Assembly: GCA_964016885.1 (NCBI GenBank)
Contig: OZ024742.1
Location: 162,440,001 to 162,504,000, forward strand
Direction of reading: 5' to 3'
Length of the DNA: 64,000 nucleotides
Source of the DNA: Eledone cirrhosa
Taxonomy: Eukaryota
The notes under the pieces are model-generated. The model saw only the letters and a program-made list of their open reading frames with translations, had not been told where the DNA came from and searched no databases. Each line of letters opens with the position of its first letter. Position 1 is the stretch's first letter. The translations under genes were made by a program, and so were the position numbers. Shown here piece after piece: positions 45,101 through 58,135 of the stretch.

Positions 45101-48100
45101 CATAGGTAACGGCACCCTCCTAACATAGGTAACGGCACCCTTCCAACATATGTAATGGCACCCTCCTAACATAGGTAACGGCACCCTCCCAACATAGGTA
45201 ATGGTACTCTCCCAACATAGGTAACGGCACTCTCCTAACATAGGTAAAGGGACTCTCCCAACATAGGTGACGGCACTCTCCGAACATACGTAATGGCATT
45301 CTCCCATCATAGGTAACGGCACTCACCCAAAATAGGTAACGGCTCACTTCAAACATAGGTAACGGCACCCTTCCAACATAGTTAATGGCACTCTCCCAAC
45401 ATAGGTAACTGCAATCTCCCAACATAGGTAACGGCACCCTCCCAACATAGGTAACAGCACTCTACTAACATAGATAACTGCACCCTCCTAACAGAGGTAA
45501 CGGCACCCTCCCAACATAGGTAACGGCACCCTCCCAACATAGGTAATGGCACTCTCCCAACATAGGTAACGGCACTCTCCTAACATAGGTAACGGCACCC
45601 TCCTAACATAGGTAACGGCACCCTTCCAACATAGGTAATGGCACCCTCGTAACATAGATAACGGCACTCTCCCAACATAGGTAATGGCACTCTCACAACA
45701 TAGATAACGGCACACTCCCAACATAGGTAACGCCACCCTTCTAATATAGGTAACGGCACCCTCCCAACATAGGTAACGGCACCCTTACAACATAGGTAAT
45801 GACACCCTCCTAACATAGGTAACGGCACCCTCCCAACATAGGTAACTGCACTCTCCCAACATAGGCAACGGCACCCTCCCAACATAGGTAACGGCACCCT
45901 CCCAACATAGGTAATGGCACGCTCCTAACATAGGTAATGGCACCCTTCCAATATAGGTAATGGCATCCTCCTAACGTAGGTAATGGTACTTTCCCAACAT
46001 AGGTAACTGCACCGTTCCAACATAGGTAATGGCACCCTCCTAACATAGGTAACGGCACCTTCCCAGCATAGGTAACGGCACACTCCTAACATAGGTAATG
46101 GCATCCTTCCAACATAGGTAAAGGCACCCTCCTAACATAGTTAACGACACTCTCCTAACATAGGTAATGGCACTCTGCCAACATAGGTAACGGCCCCCTC
46201 CTAACATCGGTAGCGGCACCCTTCCAATATAGGTAATGTCACCTTCCTAACATAGGTAACAGCACCCTCCCAACATAGGTAATGGTACTCTCCCAACATA
46301 GGTAACGGCACTCTCCTAACATAGGTAATGGCACTCTCCCAACATAGGTAACGGCCCCCTCCTAACATAGGTAATGGCACTCTCCCTAGATATGTAACGG
46401 CACCAGCCCAACAAAAGTTAACGGCACCCTCCTAACATAGGTAATGGCACTCTGCCAACATAGGTAACGGCACCCTCCTAACGTAGGTAATGCAACCCTC
46501 CCAAGATAGGTAACGACACTCTCCTAACATAGGTAACGGCACCCTCCTAAGATAGGTAACGGCACCCTTCCAACAAAGGTAACGGCACCCTTCCAACATA
46601 GGTAATGGCACCCTCGTAACATAGCAAACGACACTCTCCCAACATAGGTAATGGCACTTTCCCAACATAGGTAACGGCACCCTCCCAACATAGGAAACGA
46701 CAGCCTACTAACATAGGTAACGGCACCCTACTAACATAGGTAACTGCACTCTTCCAACATTACTAAAAGCACCCTCCTAACATAGGTAACGGCACCCTTC
46801 CAACATAGGTAATGGCACCCTCTTAACACAAGTAACGGTACCCTCGTAACATAGGTAACGGACACCCTCCCAACTTGGTAATGGCACTCTCCCAAGATAG
46901 GTAACGGCACCCATCCAACATAGGTAAAGGCACCCTCCTAACATAGTTAACGGCAGCCTCCTAACATAGGTAACGGCACCCTTCCAACATAGGTAATGGC
47001 AACCTCTTAACACAAGTAACGGTACCCTCGTAACATAGGTAATGGCACCTTCCCAACATCGGTAATGGCACTCTCCTAACATAGGTAACGGCACCCTCCT
47101 AACAGAGGTCACGGCACCCTTCCAACATAGGTAATGGCGCCCTCCTAACATAGGTAACGACACCCTCCCAACATAGGTATCGGCACTCTCCCAACATAGG
47201 TAACGGCACCCTCCCAACATAGGTAACGTCACCCTCCTAACATAGGTAATGGCAATCTCCTAAAATAGGTAATGGCACCCTTCCAATATATGTAATGGCA
47301 TCCTACTAACATAGGTAATGGTAATTTCCCAACATAGGTAACGGCACCGTTCCAATATAGGTAAAGACACCCTCCTGACATAGGTAACGGCACCTTCCCA
47401 ACATAGGTAACGGCACCCTCCTAACATAGGTAATGGTATCCTTCCAACATAGGTAAAGGCACCCTCCCAACATAGGTAACGGCACTCTCCTAACATAGGT
47501 AATGGCACTCTCCAAACATAGGTAACGGCCCCCTCCTAACATAGGTAATGGCACTCTCCCAACATATGTAACGGCACCATCCTAACATAGGTACGGCAGC
47601 CTCCTAACATAGGTAATGGCACTCTCCAGGCATATGTAACGGCAGCTCCTAACGTAGGTAAAGGCACCCTTCCAACATAGGTAAAGGCAGCCTCCTAACA
47701 TAGGTAACGGTACCCTCCTAACAAAGGTAATGGCACTCACCCAACATATGTAACGACACTCTTCCAACATAGGTAACGGCACCCTTCCATCATAGGTAAT
47801 GGCACCCTCCTATCATAGGTAACGGCACCCTCCCAACATAGGTAACGGCACGCTCCCAGCATAGGTAACGGCACGCTCCCAACATTGTGAACGGCACCCT
47901 CCTCACATAGGTAACGGCACCCTTCCAACATAGGTAATGGCACCCTCCTAACATAAGTAACGGCACTCTCCCAACATAGGTAATGCCACTCTCCCAACAT
48001 AGGTAACGGCACCCTCCTAACATAGGTAATGGCACACTCCCAACATAGGTAATGGCACCCTCCTAACATAGGTAATGGCACCCTTCCAATATAGGTAATG

Positions 48101-51100
48101 GCATCCTCCTAACGTAGGTAATGGTACATTCCCATGATAGGTAACGGCACCGTTCCAACATAGGTAATGGCACTCTCCCAACATAGGTAACGCCCCCCCC
48201 CCCCCTCCTCACATAGGTAATGGCACTAGCCCAACATATGTAACGTCACCATCCCAACATAGGTAACGGCACCCTCCTAACATGGGTACTCTTCCAACAT
48301 AGGTAAAGGCACCATCACAAACATAGGTAACGGCACCCTCGTAACATAGCTAACGGCACTCTCCCAACATAGGTAATGGCACCTTCCCAACATAGGTAAC
48401 GGCACCCTCCCAACATAGGCAACGGCACCCTTCTAACATAGGTAACGGCACCCTACTAACATAGGTAACAGCTCTTTTCCAACATAGGTAATAGCACCTT
48501 CCTAATATAGGTAACGACAACCACCCAACATAGGTAACGGCACCTTCCTAACATAGGTAACGGCACCTTTCCAACATAGGTAAAGGCAGTCTCCTAACAT
48601 AGGTAACGGCACCCTCCTAACATAGGTAATGGCACTCTCCCAACATAGGTAACGGCACCCTCCTAATATAGGTAATGGCACTCTGCCATAACAGGTAACG
48701 GCATCCTCCCAACATAGGTAACGGCACCCTCCCAACATAGGTAACGGCACCCTCCTAACATAGGTAACGGTACCCTCCTAACATAGGTAACTGTTCTCTT
48801 CCAACATAGGTAATAGCACCCTCCTAACATAGGTAACGGCACCCTCCTAACATAGGTAATGGCACTCTCCGAACATAGGTAACGGCACCCTCCAAACATA
48901 GGTAATAGCACTCTCCCAACATAGGTAACGACACTCTCCTAACATAGGTAACGACACCCTCCTAACATAGGTAACAGCACCCTCCCAACATAGGTAAATG
49001 CACCCTCCTATCATAGGTAACGACACCCTTCCAACATAGTTAAAGGCACCCTCCTAACAGGTAACGGCAGCCTCCTAACATAGGTAATGGAACTCTCCCA
49101 ACATAGGTAACGGCACCCTCCTAACATAGGTAACGGCACCCTCCCAATACAGGTAACGGCACGCTCCCAACACAGGTAACGGCACGCTCCCAACATAGGT
49201 AACGGCACCCTCCTAACATAGGTAATGGTACCCTTCCAACATTGGTAATGGCACCCTCCTAACATATGTAACGGCACTCTTCCAACATAGGTAAAGAAAC
49301 CCTTCCAACATAGGTAATGGCACCCTCCTGACATAGGTAACGGCACCCTCCCAACATAGGTAATGGTACTTTCCCAACAGAGGTAACGGCACCCTCCCAA
49401 CATAGGTAACGGCACTCTACTAACATAGGTAATTGCACCCTCCCAACATAGGTAACGGCACCCTCCCACCATAGGTAACGGCACTCTCCCAACATAGGCA
49501 ATGGCACCCTCCTGACATAGGTAACGGCACCCTCCAAACATAGGTAATGGCACTCTCCCAACATAGGTGACGACACTCTCCTAACATAGGTAACGACACC
49601 CTCCTAACATAGTTAACGGCACCCACCCAACATAGGTAAATGCACCCTCCTATCATAGGTAACGGCACCCTCCAAACATAGGTAATGGTACCCTTCCAAC
49701 ATTGGTAATGGCACCCTCCTAACATATTGTAACGGCACTCTTCCAACATAGGTAACGGCACCCTTCCATCATAGGTAATGGCACCCTCCTAACATAGGTA
49801 ATGGCATTCTCAGAACATAGGTAATGGCACCCTCATAACATAGTTAAAGGCACCCTTCCAACATAGGTAATGGCACCCTCCTAATATAGGTAACGGTACT
49901 CTCCCAACATAGGTAACGGCACTCTCTTAACTTAGGTAACGGCACCCTCTCTAACATAGGTAATGGGACTCTCCTAACATAGGTGACGGCACTCTTCCAA
50001 CAAAGGTAACAGTACCCTTACAACATAGGGAATGGCACTCTCCTAACATAGGTAGTGGCACCCTCCCAACATAGGTAATGGCACACTCCCAACATAGGTA
50101 ACGGCACCCTCCTAACATAGGTAACAACACCTTCCTAACATAGGTAACGGAACCCTCCCAACATAGGTAATGGCACTCTCCCATCATAGGTAACGGCACT
50201 CTCCCAACATAGGTAACGGCTCCCTTCCATCATAGGTAATGGCACCCTCACAACATAGGTAACGGCACCCTCCTAACATAGGTAACGGCACCCTCCCAAC
50301 ATAGTTAATGGCACTCTACCAACATAGGTAACTGCAGTCTCCCAACATAGGTAACGGCACCCTCCCAACATAGGTAACGGCACCGTCCTTACATAGGTAA
50401 CGGCACTCTTCCATTATAGGTAACGGCACCCTCCCAACATAGGTAAGAGCACTCTCCCAACATAGGTAACGGCACCCTCCCAACATAGGTAACGGTACCC
50501 TCCTAAGATAGTTAACGGCACCCTCCCAGCATAGGTAATGGCCCCCTCACAACATGGGTAACGGCACTCTCCTAACATAGGTAACGACACCCTTCCAACA
50601 TAGGTAATGGCACCCTCCTAACATAGGTAACGGAACCCTGCCAAAATAGGTACCGTCACCCTCCTAACAGAGGTAACGGCACCCTCCCAACATAGATAAC
50701 CACACCCTCCTAACATAGGTAACGGCACCCTCCTAATATAGGTAACGACACTCTCCCAACATAGGTAACGGCACCCTCCTAACATAGGTAAAGGCACTCT
50801 CCTAACATAGGTAACGGCACCCTCCCAACATAGGTAATGGCACTCTCCCAACATAGGTAACGGCACCCTCCTAACATAGGTAACGGCACCCTCCTAACAT
50901 AGGTAACTGTTCTCTTCCAACATAGGTAATAGCACCCTCCTAACATAGGTAACGGCACCCTCCTAACATAGGTAATGACACTCTCCGAACATAGGTAACG
51001 GCACCCTCCAAACATAGGTAATGCCACTCTCCCAACATAGGTAACGACACTCTCCTAACATAGGTAACGACACCCTCCTAACATAGGTAACGGCACCCTC

Positions 51101-54100
51101 CCAACATAGGTAAATGCACCCTCCTATCATAGGTAACGACACCCTTCCAACATAGTTAAAGACTCCCTCCTAACAGGTAACGGCACCCTCCTAACATAGG
51201 TAATGGAACTCTCCCAACATAGGTAACGGCACCCTCCTAACATAGGTAATTGTACCCTTCCATCATAGGTAATGGCACCCTCCTAACATAGTTAACGGCA
51301 CCCTCCCAATACAGGTAACGGCACGCTCCCAACACAGGTAACGGCACGCTCCCAACATAGGTAACGGCACCCTCCTAACATAGGTAATGGTACCCTTCCA
51401 ACATTGGTAATGGCACCCTCCTAACATATGTAACGGCACTCTTCCAACATAGGTAAAGACACCCTTCCAACAGGTAACGGCACTCTCCCAACATAGGCAA
51501 TGGCACCCTCCTGACATAGGTAACGGCACCCTCCAAACATAGGTAATGGCACTCTCCCAACATAGGTGACGACACTCTCCTAACATAGGTAACGACACCC
51601 TCCTAACATAGTTAACGGCACCCACCCAACATAGGTAAATGCACCCTCCTATCATAGGTAACGGCACCCTCCAAACATAGGTAATGGAACTCTCCCAACA
51701 TAGGTAACGGCACCCTCCTAACATAGGTAATGGTACCCTTCCAACATTGGTAATGGGACCCTCCTAACATATTATAACGGCACTCTCCCAACATAGGTAA
51801 CGGCACCCTTCCATCATAGGTAATGGCACCCTCCTAACATAGGTAACGGCACCCTCCCAACATAGGTAACGGCACGCTCCCAACACAGGTAACGGCACCC
51901 TCCCAACATAGGTAACGGCACCCTCCTAACATAGGTAATGGCATTCTCAGAACATAGGTAATGGCACCCTCCTAACATAGTTAAAGGCACCCTTCCAACA
52001 TAGGTAATGGCACCCTCCTAATATAGGTAACGGTACTCTCCCAACATAGGTAACGGCACTCTCTTAACTTAGGTAACGGCACCCTCTCTAACATAGGTAA
52101 TGAGACTTCCTATCATAGGTGACGGCACTCTTCCAACAAAGGTAACGGCACCCTTACAACATAAGGAATGGCACTCTTCTAACATAGGTAGTGGCACCCT
52201 CCCAACATAGGTAATGGCACTCTCCCAATATAGGTAACAGCACCCTCCTAACATAGGTAGCAACACCTTCCTAACATAGGTAACGGCACCCTCCCAACAT
52301 AGGTAATGGCACTCTTCCATCATAAGTAACGGCACTCTCACAACATAGGTAACGGCTCCCTTCCATCATAGGTAACGGCACCCTCCTAATATAGGTAACG
52401 GAACCCTCCCAACATAGTTAATGGCACTCTCCCAACATAGGTAACTGCAGTCTCCGAACATAGGTAACGGCACTATACTAACATAGGTAACTGCACCCTC
52501 CTAACAGAGGCAAAGGCACCGTTCCAACATAGTTAATGGCACCATCCTAACATAGGTAACGGCACCCTCCCACCATAGGTAACGGCACTCTCGCAACATG
52601 GTCAACGGCACCCTCCTTACATAGGTAACGGCACTCTTCCAATATAGTAAATGGCACCCTCCCAACCTAGGTAACGGCACCCTCCCAACATAGGTAATGA
52701 CACTCTCCCAACATAGGTAACGGCACCCTCCTAACATAGGTAACGGCACCCTCCTAACATAGGTAATGGCACTCTCCCAACATAGGTAACGGCACCCTCC
52801 TAACATAGGTAACGGCACCCTCCCAATATAGGTAATGGCACTCTCCCAACATAGGTAACGGCACCCTCCCAACATAGGTAATGGCACCCTCCTAACCTAG
52901 GTAATGGCACCCTCCCAACATAGGAAACGGCACCAACCCAACATAGGTAACGGCACCCTTCCAACATAGGTAACGGACACCCTGCCAACATTGGTAATTG
53001 CACTCTCCCAAGATAGGTAACGGCACACTTCCAACATAGGTAAAGGCACCCTCTTTACATAGTTAACGGCAGCCTCCTAACATAGGTAACGGCACCCTTC
53101 CAAAATAGGTAATGACACCCTCTTAACACATGTAACAACACCCTCCCAACATAGGTAATGGCACTCTCCGAAAATAGATAACGGCACTCTCCTAACATAG
53201 GTAACGGCACCCTCCTAATATGGGTAACGGCACCTTTCCAACATAGGTAATGCCACCCTCCCAACATAGGTAACGGCACCCTCCTAACATAGGTAACGGC
53301 ACCCTCCTAACATAGGTAACGGCACCCTCCCAACATAGGTAATGGCACTCTCCCAACAGAGGTAACGGCACCCTCCCAACATAGGTAACGACACCTTCCT
53401 AACATAGGTAACGGCACCCTCCCAACATTGGCAATGGCACTCTCCCATCATAGGTAACGGCACTCTCTCAACATAGGTAACGGCACTCTCTCAACATAGG
53501 TAACGGCACCCTTCCATCATAGGTAATGGCACCCTCGTAACATAGGTAAAATCACCCTTCCAACATAGGAAATGGCACCCTCCTAACATAGGTAACGCCA
53601 ACCTCCCAACATAGGTAATGGTACTCTCCCAACATAGGTAACGGCACTATCTTAACATAGGTAACGGCACCCTCTCTAACATAGGTAATGGGACTCTCCT
53701 AACATAGGTGACGGCACTCTTCCAACAAAGGTAAAGTACCCTTACAACATAGGGAATGGCACTCTCCTAACATAGGTAGTGGCACCCTCCCAACATAGGT
53801 AATGGCACTCTGCCAACATAGGTAACGGCACCCTCCTAACATAGGTAACAACACCTTGCTAACATAGGTAACGGAACCCTCCCAACATAGGTAATGGCAC
53901 TCTCCCATCATAGGTAACGGCACTCTCCCAACATAGGTAACGGCTCCCTTCCATCATAGGTAACGGCACCCTCCTTACATAGGTAACGGCACTCTTCCAA
54001 TATAGGTAACGGCACCCTCCCAACATAGGTAATAGCACTCTCCCAACATAGGTAACGGCACCCTCACAACATAGGTAACGGTACCCTCCTAAGATAGTTA

Positions 54101-56192
54101 ACGGCACCCTCCCAACATAGGTAATGGCCCCCTCCCAACATGGGTAACGGCACTCTCCTAACATAGGTAACGACACCCTTCCAACACAGGTAATGGCACC
54201 CTCCTAACATAGGTAACGGAACCCTGCCAAAATAGGTAACGTCACCCTCCTAACAGAGGTAACGGCACCCTCCCAACATAGATAACCACACCCTCCTAAC
54301 ATAGGTAACGGCACCCTCCTAATATAGGTAACGACACCCTCCCAACATAGGTAATGGCACCCTCCTAACATAGGTAACGGCACCCTCCTAACATAGGTAA
54401 TGGCATTCTCAGAACATATGTCACGGCACCCTCCCAACATAGGTAACGGCACCCTGCCAACGTAGTTAACGTCACAATCCTAACATAGGTAATGGCACTC
54501 TCCCAACATAGGTAATGGCACCCTCCTAACAAGTTAATGGCACCCTTCCAATATAGGTAATGTTACCCTCATAACATAGGTAACGGCGTTCTCATAACCT
54601 AGGTAATGGCATTCTCCAAACATAGGTACGGCACCTTCCCAACATAGGGAATGGCAAACTCCCAACATAGGTAACGGCACCCTCCCAACGTAGGTAATGG
54701 CACCCTGCTAACATTGGTAATGTCACCCTTCCAATATAGTTAACGGCACCCTCCTAACATAGGTAACGGCACCCTCCCAACATAGGTATCGGCACCCTTC
54801 CATCATAGGTAACGGCACTCTCCCAACATAGGTAACAGCACCCTCCCAACATAGGTAACGACACTCTCCTAACATGGGTAACGGTACTCTCCCAACATAT
54901 GTAACGGCACCCTTCGAATATAGTTAATGGCACCATCCTAACATAGGTAACGGTGCCCTCCCAACATAGTTAACGGCACCCTCCAACATAGGTAATGGCA
55001 CCCTCCTAACATAGGTAATGGCACCCTCCTAACATAGGTAACGGCACCCTTCCAACATAGGTAAAGCACCATCCTAACATAGGTAACGGCACTCTCCTAA
55101 CATACGTAATGGCACACTCCCAACATAGGTAACGATACCGTCCCAACACATGTAATGGCACCCTTCCATCATAGGTAACAGCACCCTCCCATCATAGGTA
55201 ACGGCACTCTCCCTACATAGGTAATGGTACCCTCCTAACATAGGTCACGGCACCCTCCTAACATACGTAACGGCACCCTCTTAACATAGGTAATGGCACT
55301 CTCCCAACATATGTAACGGCATTCTCCCAACATAGGTAACGGTACCCTCCCGACATAGGTAACGGCACCCTCCCAACATAGGTAATGGCACCCTCCTAAC
55401 AAAGGTAATGTCACCCTTCCAATGTAGGTAATGGCCCCCTCCTAACATAGGTAACGGCACCCTAATAACCTAGGAAATGGCATTCTCCCAACATAGGTAA
55501 CGGCACCCTCCCAACAGGTAATGACACTCTCCCAACATAGGTAACGGCACTCTCCCAACATAGGTAACGGCACTCTCACAACATAGGTAACGGCACCCTC
55601 CCAACCTAGGTAACGGCACTCTCCCAAAATAGGTAACGGCACCCTCCCAACATAGGTAACGGCACTCTCCTAACATAGGTAACGGCACCTTTCCAACATA
55701 GGTAATGGCACCCTCCTAACATAGGTAACGACACCCTCCCAACATAGGTAACGGCACCCTCCTAACATAGGTAATGACACACTTCGAACATGTAAAGGCA
55801 CCCTCCTAACATAGGTAACGGCACCCTCCTATCATAGGTAATGGCACGCTCCCAACATAGGTAAAGGAACCATCCTAACATAGGTAATGGCACCCTCCCA
55901 ACATAGGTAACGACACTCTCCTAACTTAGGAAATGACACCCTCCTAACGTAGGTAACGGCACTCTCCGAACATAGGTAACGGCATCCTCCTAACATAGGT
56001 AATGGTACTTTCCCAACATAGGTGACGGCACCGTTCCAACATAGGTAATGGCACCTTCCTAACATAGGTAACGGCACCTTCCCAACATAGGTAACTGCAC
56101 CCTCCTAACATAGGTAATGGCATCCTTCCAACATAGGTAAAGGCACCCTCCCAACATAGGTAACGGCACTCTCCTAACATAGGTAATGGCAC
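18120..56192. repeat. Satellite B, main block: 23-bp monomer AACATAGGTAA(C/T)GGCAC(C/T)CT(C/T)C(C/T), about 1650 copies
   Basis: The 23-bp period is continuous, with occasional 1-2 bp deletions. The minus-strand ORFs repeat every 23 aa (3 monomers = 69 bp), as expected for a 23-bp period. Confidence 0.98.
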
Positions 56193-56427
56193 TGTAGTAA
56201 GACGCCTCACGCTCCTTGATAGAACAACGCCGGTTGAGAACGCCAGAAAGAAAAGACAGACAGCCACTGGAAAGCCGACTGATCACACGCCAGATACCAA
56301 CCTCTGTTCAACACCATTGTTTGTGCTACATCAAAAAATCAACGTATATTTCATCTCTAATTTCTGCTGTTGAAATAATTATTATGTCACTCGTATCTCG
56401 ATAACATCTACAACTAATACTGCTAAA
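56193..56427. mobile_element. 235-bp insertion, putative solo LTR (Ty3/Gypsy-like), 4-bp TSD GCAC
   Basis: Non-repetitive sequence splits one satellite B monomer: ...GGTAATG-GCAC[TGTAGTAAG...TACTGCTAAA]GCAC-TCTCCCAAC. The termini are imperfect inverted repeats (TGTAGTA / TGCTAAA; one substitution from the canonical TG...CA). An alternative reading is a 5-bp TSD GCACT with the insert at 56194-56427. An empty paralogous site lies at ~47450-47580. The insertion itself is well supported; the LTR class is inference. Confidence 0.7.
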
Positions 56428-56924
56428 GCACTCTCCCAACATAGGTAACGGCCCCCTCCTAACATAGGTAATGGCACGCTCGCAACATATGTAACGGCAC
56501 CTTCCCAACATAGGTAACGGCACCCTCCTAACATAGGTAATGGCACTCTCCCAACATAGGTAACGACACTCTCCTAACATAGGTAACGGCACCCTCCTAA
56601 GATAGGTAACGGCACCCTTCCAACATAGGTAATAGCACCCTCCTAACATAGGTAACGGCAACCTCCCAACATAGGTAACGGCACCCTCCTAACATAGGTA
56701 ACGGAACCCTTCCAACATAGGTAAAGGCAGCCTCCTAACATAGGTAACGGCACCCTCCTAACATAGGTAATGGCACTCTCCCAACATAGGTAACGGCACC
56801 CTCCCAACATAGTTACGTCACCATCCTAACATAGGTAATGGCACTCTCCCAACATAGGTAATGGCACCCTCCTAACATAGGTTATGGGACCCTTCCAATA
56901 TAGGTAATGTCACCCTCATAACAT
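56428..56924. repeat. Satellite B, ~21 monomers between the insertion and the island
   Basis: Same 23-bp monomer and orientation; ends ...CACCCTCATAACAT. Confidence 0.96.
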
Positions 56925-57043
56925 GACCACTTTACAGTGTGGACTGGGTGCTTTTTTGTTGTGACACCTACATGACCACTTTACAATGAGTACTGGGTGC
57001 TTTTTTGTTGTGACACACACCTACACTACCACTTTACAGTGTG
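56921..57043. repeat. 49/53-bp minisatellite, ~2.4 copies (ACATGACCACTTTACAGTGTGGACTGGGTGCTTTTTTGTTGTGACACCT)
   Basis: Units start at 56921, 56970 and 57023 (partial). Confidence 0.9.
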
Positions 57044-57183
57044 TGGTGTGTGGGGGGAGCATACTGTCTATATGCTTCAGCTTCGGCTTGTACTCGTGCT
57101 AAGTCGGGTCTTCTGAATTGGTACATAACGCCAGAGGTCTCGGTCCTGTGTCATTGCAATTGGGCATGTTCAGCTTGGACTGA

Positions 57184-57356
57184 GTGGACTGGGTGCATGT
57201 TATGTCACCAGCCTTACCCAGTTTTACAGTGTGGACTGGGTGCATGTTATGTCACCAGCCTTACCCAGTTTTCCAGAGTGGACTGGGTGCGTGCACCATG
57301 TCACCAGCCTTACCCAGTTTTACAGAGTGGACTGGGTGCATGTTATGGCACCAGCC
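57184..57356. repeat. 47-bp minisatellite, ~3.6 copies (GTGGACTGGGTGCATGTTATGTCACCAGCCTTACCCAGTTTTACAGW)
   Basis: Units start at 57184, 57231, 57278 and 57327. It shares TTTACAGTGTGGACTGGGTGC with the 49-bp repeat. Confidence 0.92.
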
Positions 57357-58135
57357 ATAAACATAAATATTATTTTGTTCTATGTTTATCCTATTCATAA
57401 ATTCTTTACTGAAATCCCTTGTTTTTCAATAGTTGAAAGAAACTATTTCCTGTTAGAAATCCACTTTGTCTTATTCTTACCTCAAGTCTTTTAGGAATTT
57501 ATATTTCTTTTACTTGTTATTAGACTTTGTTTTGTTCAGCATTATATATTTATTGCTTTCAAAACACTGTATCCGACTAATTATCGTTGTGACCTAGCAG
57601 TTTGATCTTATAAACACAAGTTTGACCTTTTATATAGAATATTGATTTCTTACAATACTGATTCAATGTGTTTATTTTAAAGTAAACCATTTTCAGTGAA
57701 AAAGTATTTAGTTCAAGATGAATTGTTATTTCATATCCTAGATCTGTTATTTCCTCATGCTGGTTCCTGCCCCCCCCCCCCCTCCCTCTCTATACATATA
57801 AGATAAACCCTACCAAATTTAATCAAAATCGCAACTCGCTATTTCTGGGATGGCTGTTCCTTCGGTTCCTTCGGTATAAAGTAACGTTCAAATATTTTTC
57901 TCGATTCTTCTCTCCATTCGAACCCATTCATTCAATCACTATTCTATGTCCTAATTTCACACTATATCATATTTTCACCATTCTATATCATATTTTTTCT
58001 CTAAAAATCATATTTTCCCTATCACCGCATTTTCTCTATCGTATTTTCTTAAACAAAACAAATCTTGTATTTTCGTTTATTGTTAAATTATGCCCAAAAT
58101 ACGGCGATCTTATCTTAAACCTTACATTCTCGCTA
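57357..58135. other. AT-rich unique non-coding sequence (intron/intergenic-like), containing a C13 run at 57770-57782 and degenerate ATCATATTTT repeats at ~57963-58050
   Basis: T-rich and without long-range periodicity. The only ORFs the track shows here are tails of minisatellite ORFs (to 57494). Confidence 0.75.

Noticed and set aside
56216-56404. 62-aa ORF inside the insertion
   Set aside because: It is short, has a non-ATG start and no recognisable domain, and lies within an LTR-like element.
57041-57494. 119-aa and 87-aa plus-strand ORFs as complete genes
   Set aside because: They start at GTG and run through the 47-bp minisatellite into AT-rich low-complexity DNA. Only the unique core is kept, as a weak exon candidate.
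57855-57885. TATAAA at 57875-57880 after a TTCCTTCGG duplication, as a promoter
   Set aside because: The hexamer is expected by chance in AT-rich DNA, with no convincing initiator or downstream gene.
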